Shown: piece after piece, positions 39,218 through 39,687 of the stretch
How positions within the stretch are numbered: position 1 is the stretch's first letter
Layout: the number at the start of each line of letters is the position of its first letter
Assembly: GCF_000485595.1 (NCBI RefSeq)
Contig: NW_014577062.1
Coordinates: forward strand, 1,369,455 to 1,409,141
DNA from: Priapulus caudatus
Lineage: Eukaryota
Direction: 5' to 3'
Length of the DNA stretch: 39,687 bases
Notes under the pieces: model-generated
What the model saw: only the letters and a program-made list of their open reading frames with translations
Databases searched by the model: none
What the model was told of the DNA's origin: nothing
Position numbers and translations under genes: made by a program

Positions 39218-39687
39218 GAGCGACCTTTCGCTAGCGACGAGAAAGACCGTCACAATGGCTGCGGATGATAACGTCGGCTCGTCGGCCCGACATGTCGCTA
39301 CGGCTCCCCCCGGGAGACCTCGGATCAATGTCGAATGCAGAGTGGCGCGCGTCTTAAATGGCTCTTTCATTACCGCGGCGTGCGCGCGCGCGCGTGCGCG
39401 CGCGAGCGTGCGTGTGCGTGCGTGCGTGCGTGCGTGCGTGCGCGTGCGCGTGGAGAGTGGACGTACCCGTACGGAGTGCTGTTTCTGCTGCGTGCAGCCG
39501 TACGTGTAGAGTGGGCAAGTTGCGCTCTCACACCGAGAATGAAGGAGAGGGACGGAGGGGAGAGAGGGGGAGAGACAGAGAGAGTGAGATCGATAAGGGG
39601 AAGTTATAAGACACAGGTGATAAGAGAGTGGCAAGAGGAAGGGAAAGGGGAAGAGGACATAGTGGGATAAAATGAGAGAGAAAGACC
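38770..39687. repeat. Purine-rich/(GA)n, (GATA)n and (TGCG)n simple repeats
   Basis: Directly visible; pure (GA)n at ~39127-39213. Confidence 0.9.

Overview
Eukaryotic (animal, probably invertebrate) draft-assembly sequence. It is microsatellite-rich, shows no obvious CpG depletion and has four N-gaps (9872-9896, 14860-14884, 30169-30178, 33015-33024). The only convincing coding sequence is the first coding exon (217 codons, strong Kozak ATG, phase-0 GTAAGT donor) of a type II transmembrane protein with furin sites and a VEF...DWVWVNSFARVP motif, which I recognise from memory as colmedin/gliomedin-like. This exon occurs twice (6552-7202 and 11177-11827) inside a ~4.5 kb near-identical tandem duplication straddling a 25-N gap, most likely two uncollapsed haplotypes. 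Upstream lies a ~2.2 kb 43-bp minisatellite whose degenerate tail carries a 28-bp perfectly palindromic insertion with a 7-bp target-site duplication (TSD). The rest looks like a long first intron with non-autonomous DNA transposons whose ends can be read directly: a complete Helitron-like element (26958-29291, minus) plus a partial paralog, a Harbinger-like MITE, an IS3EU-like foldback (33119-33862, 6-bp TSD) and a hAT MITE (34612-35274, 8-bp TSD). Two further kb-scale duplications have an insertion-rich profile typical of long-read gap-filling artefacts. I found no support for a new multi-gene biological system. The most unusual real-looking items are the minimal palindromic insertion, the IS3EU-like foldback and the possibly (TA)n-targeting Helitron. 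Almost all other ORFs in the track are translations of simple repeats.
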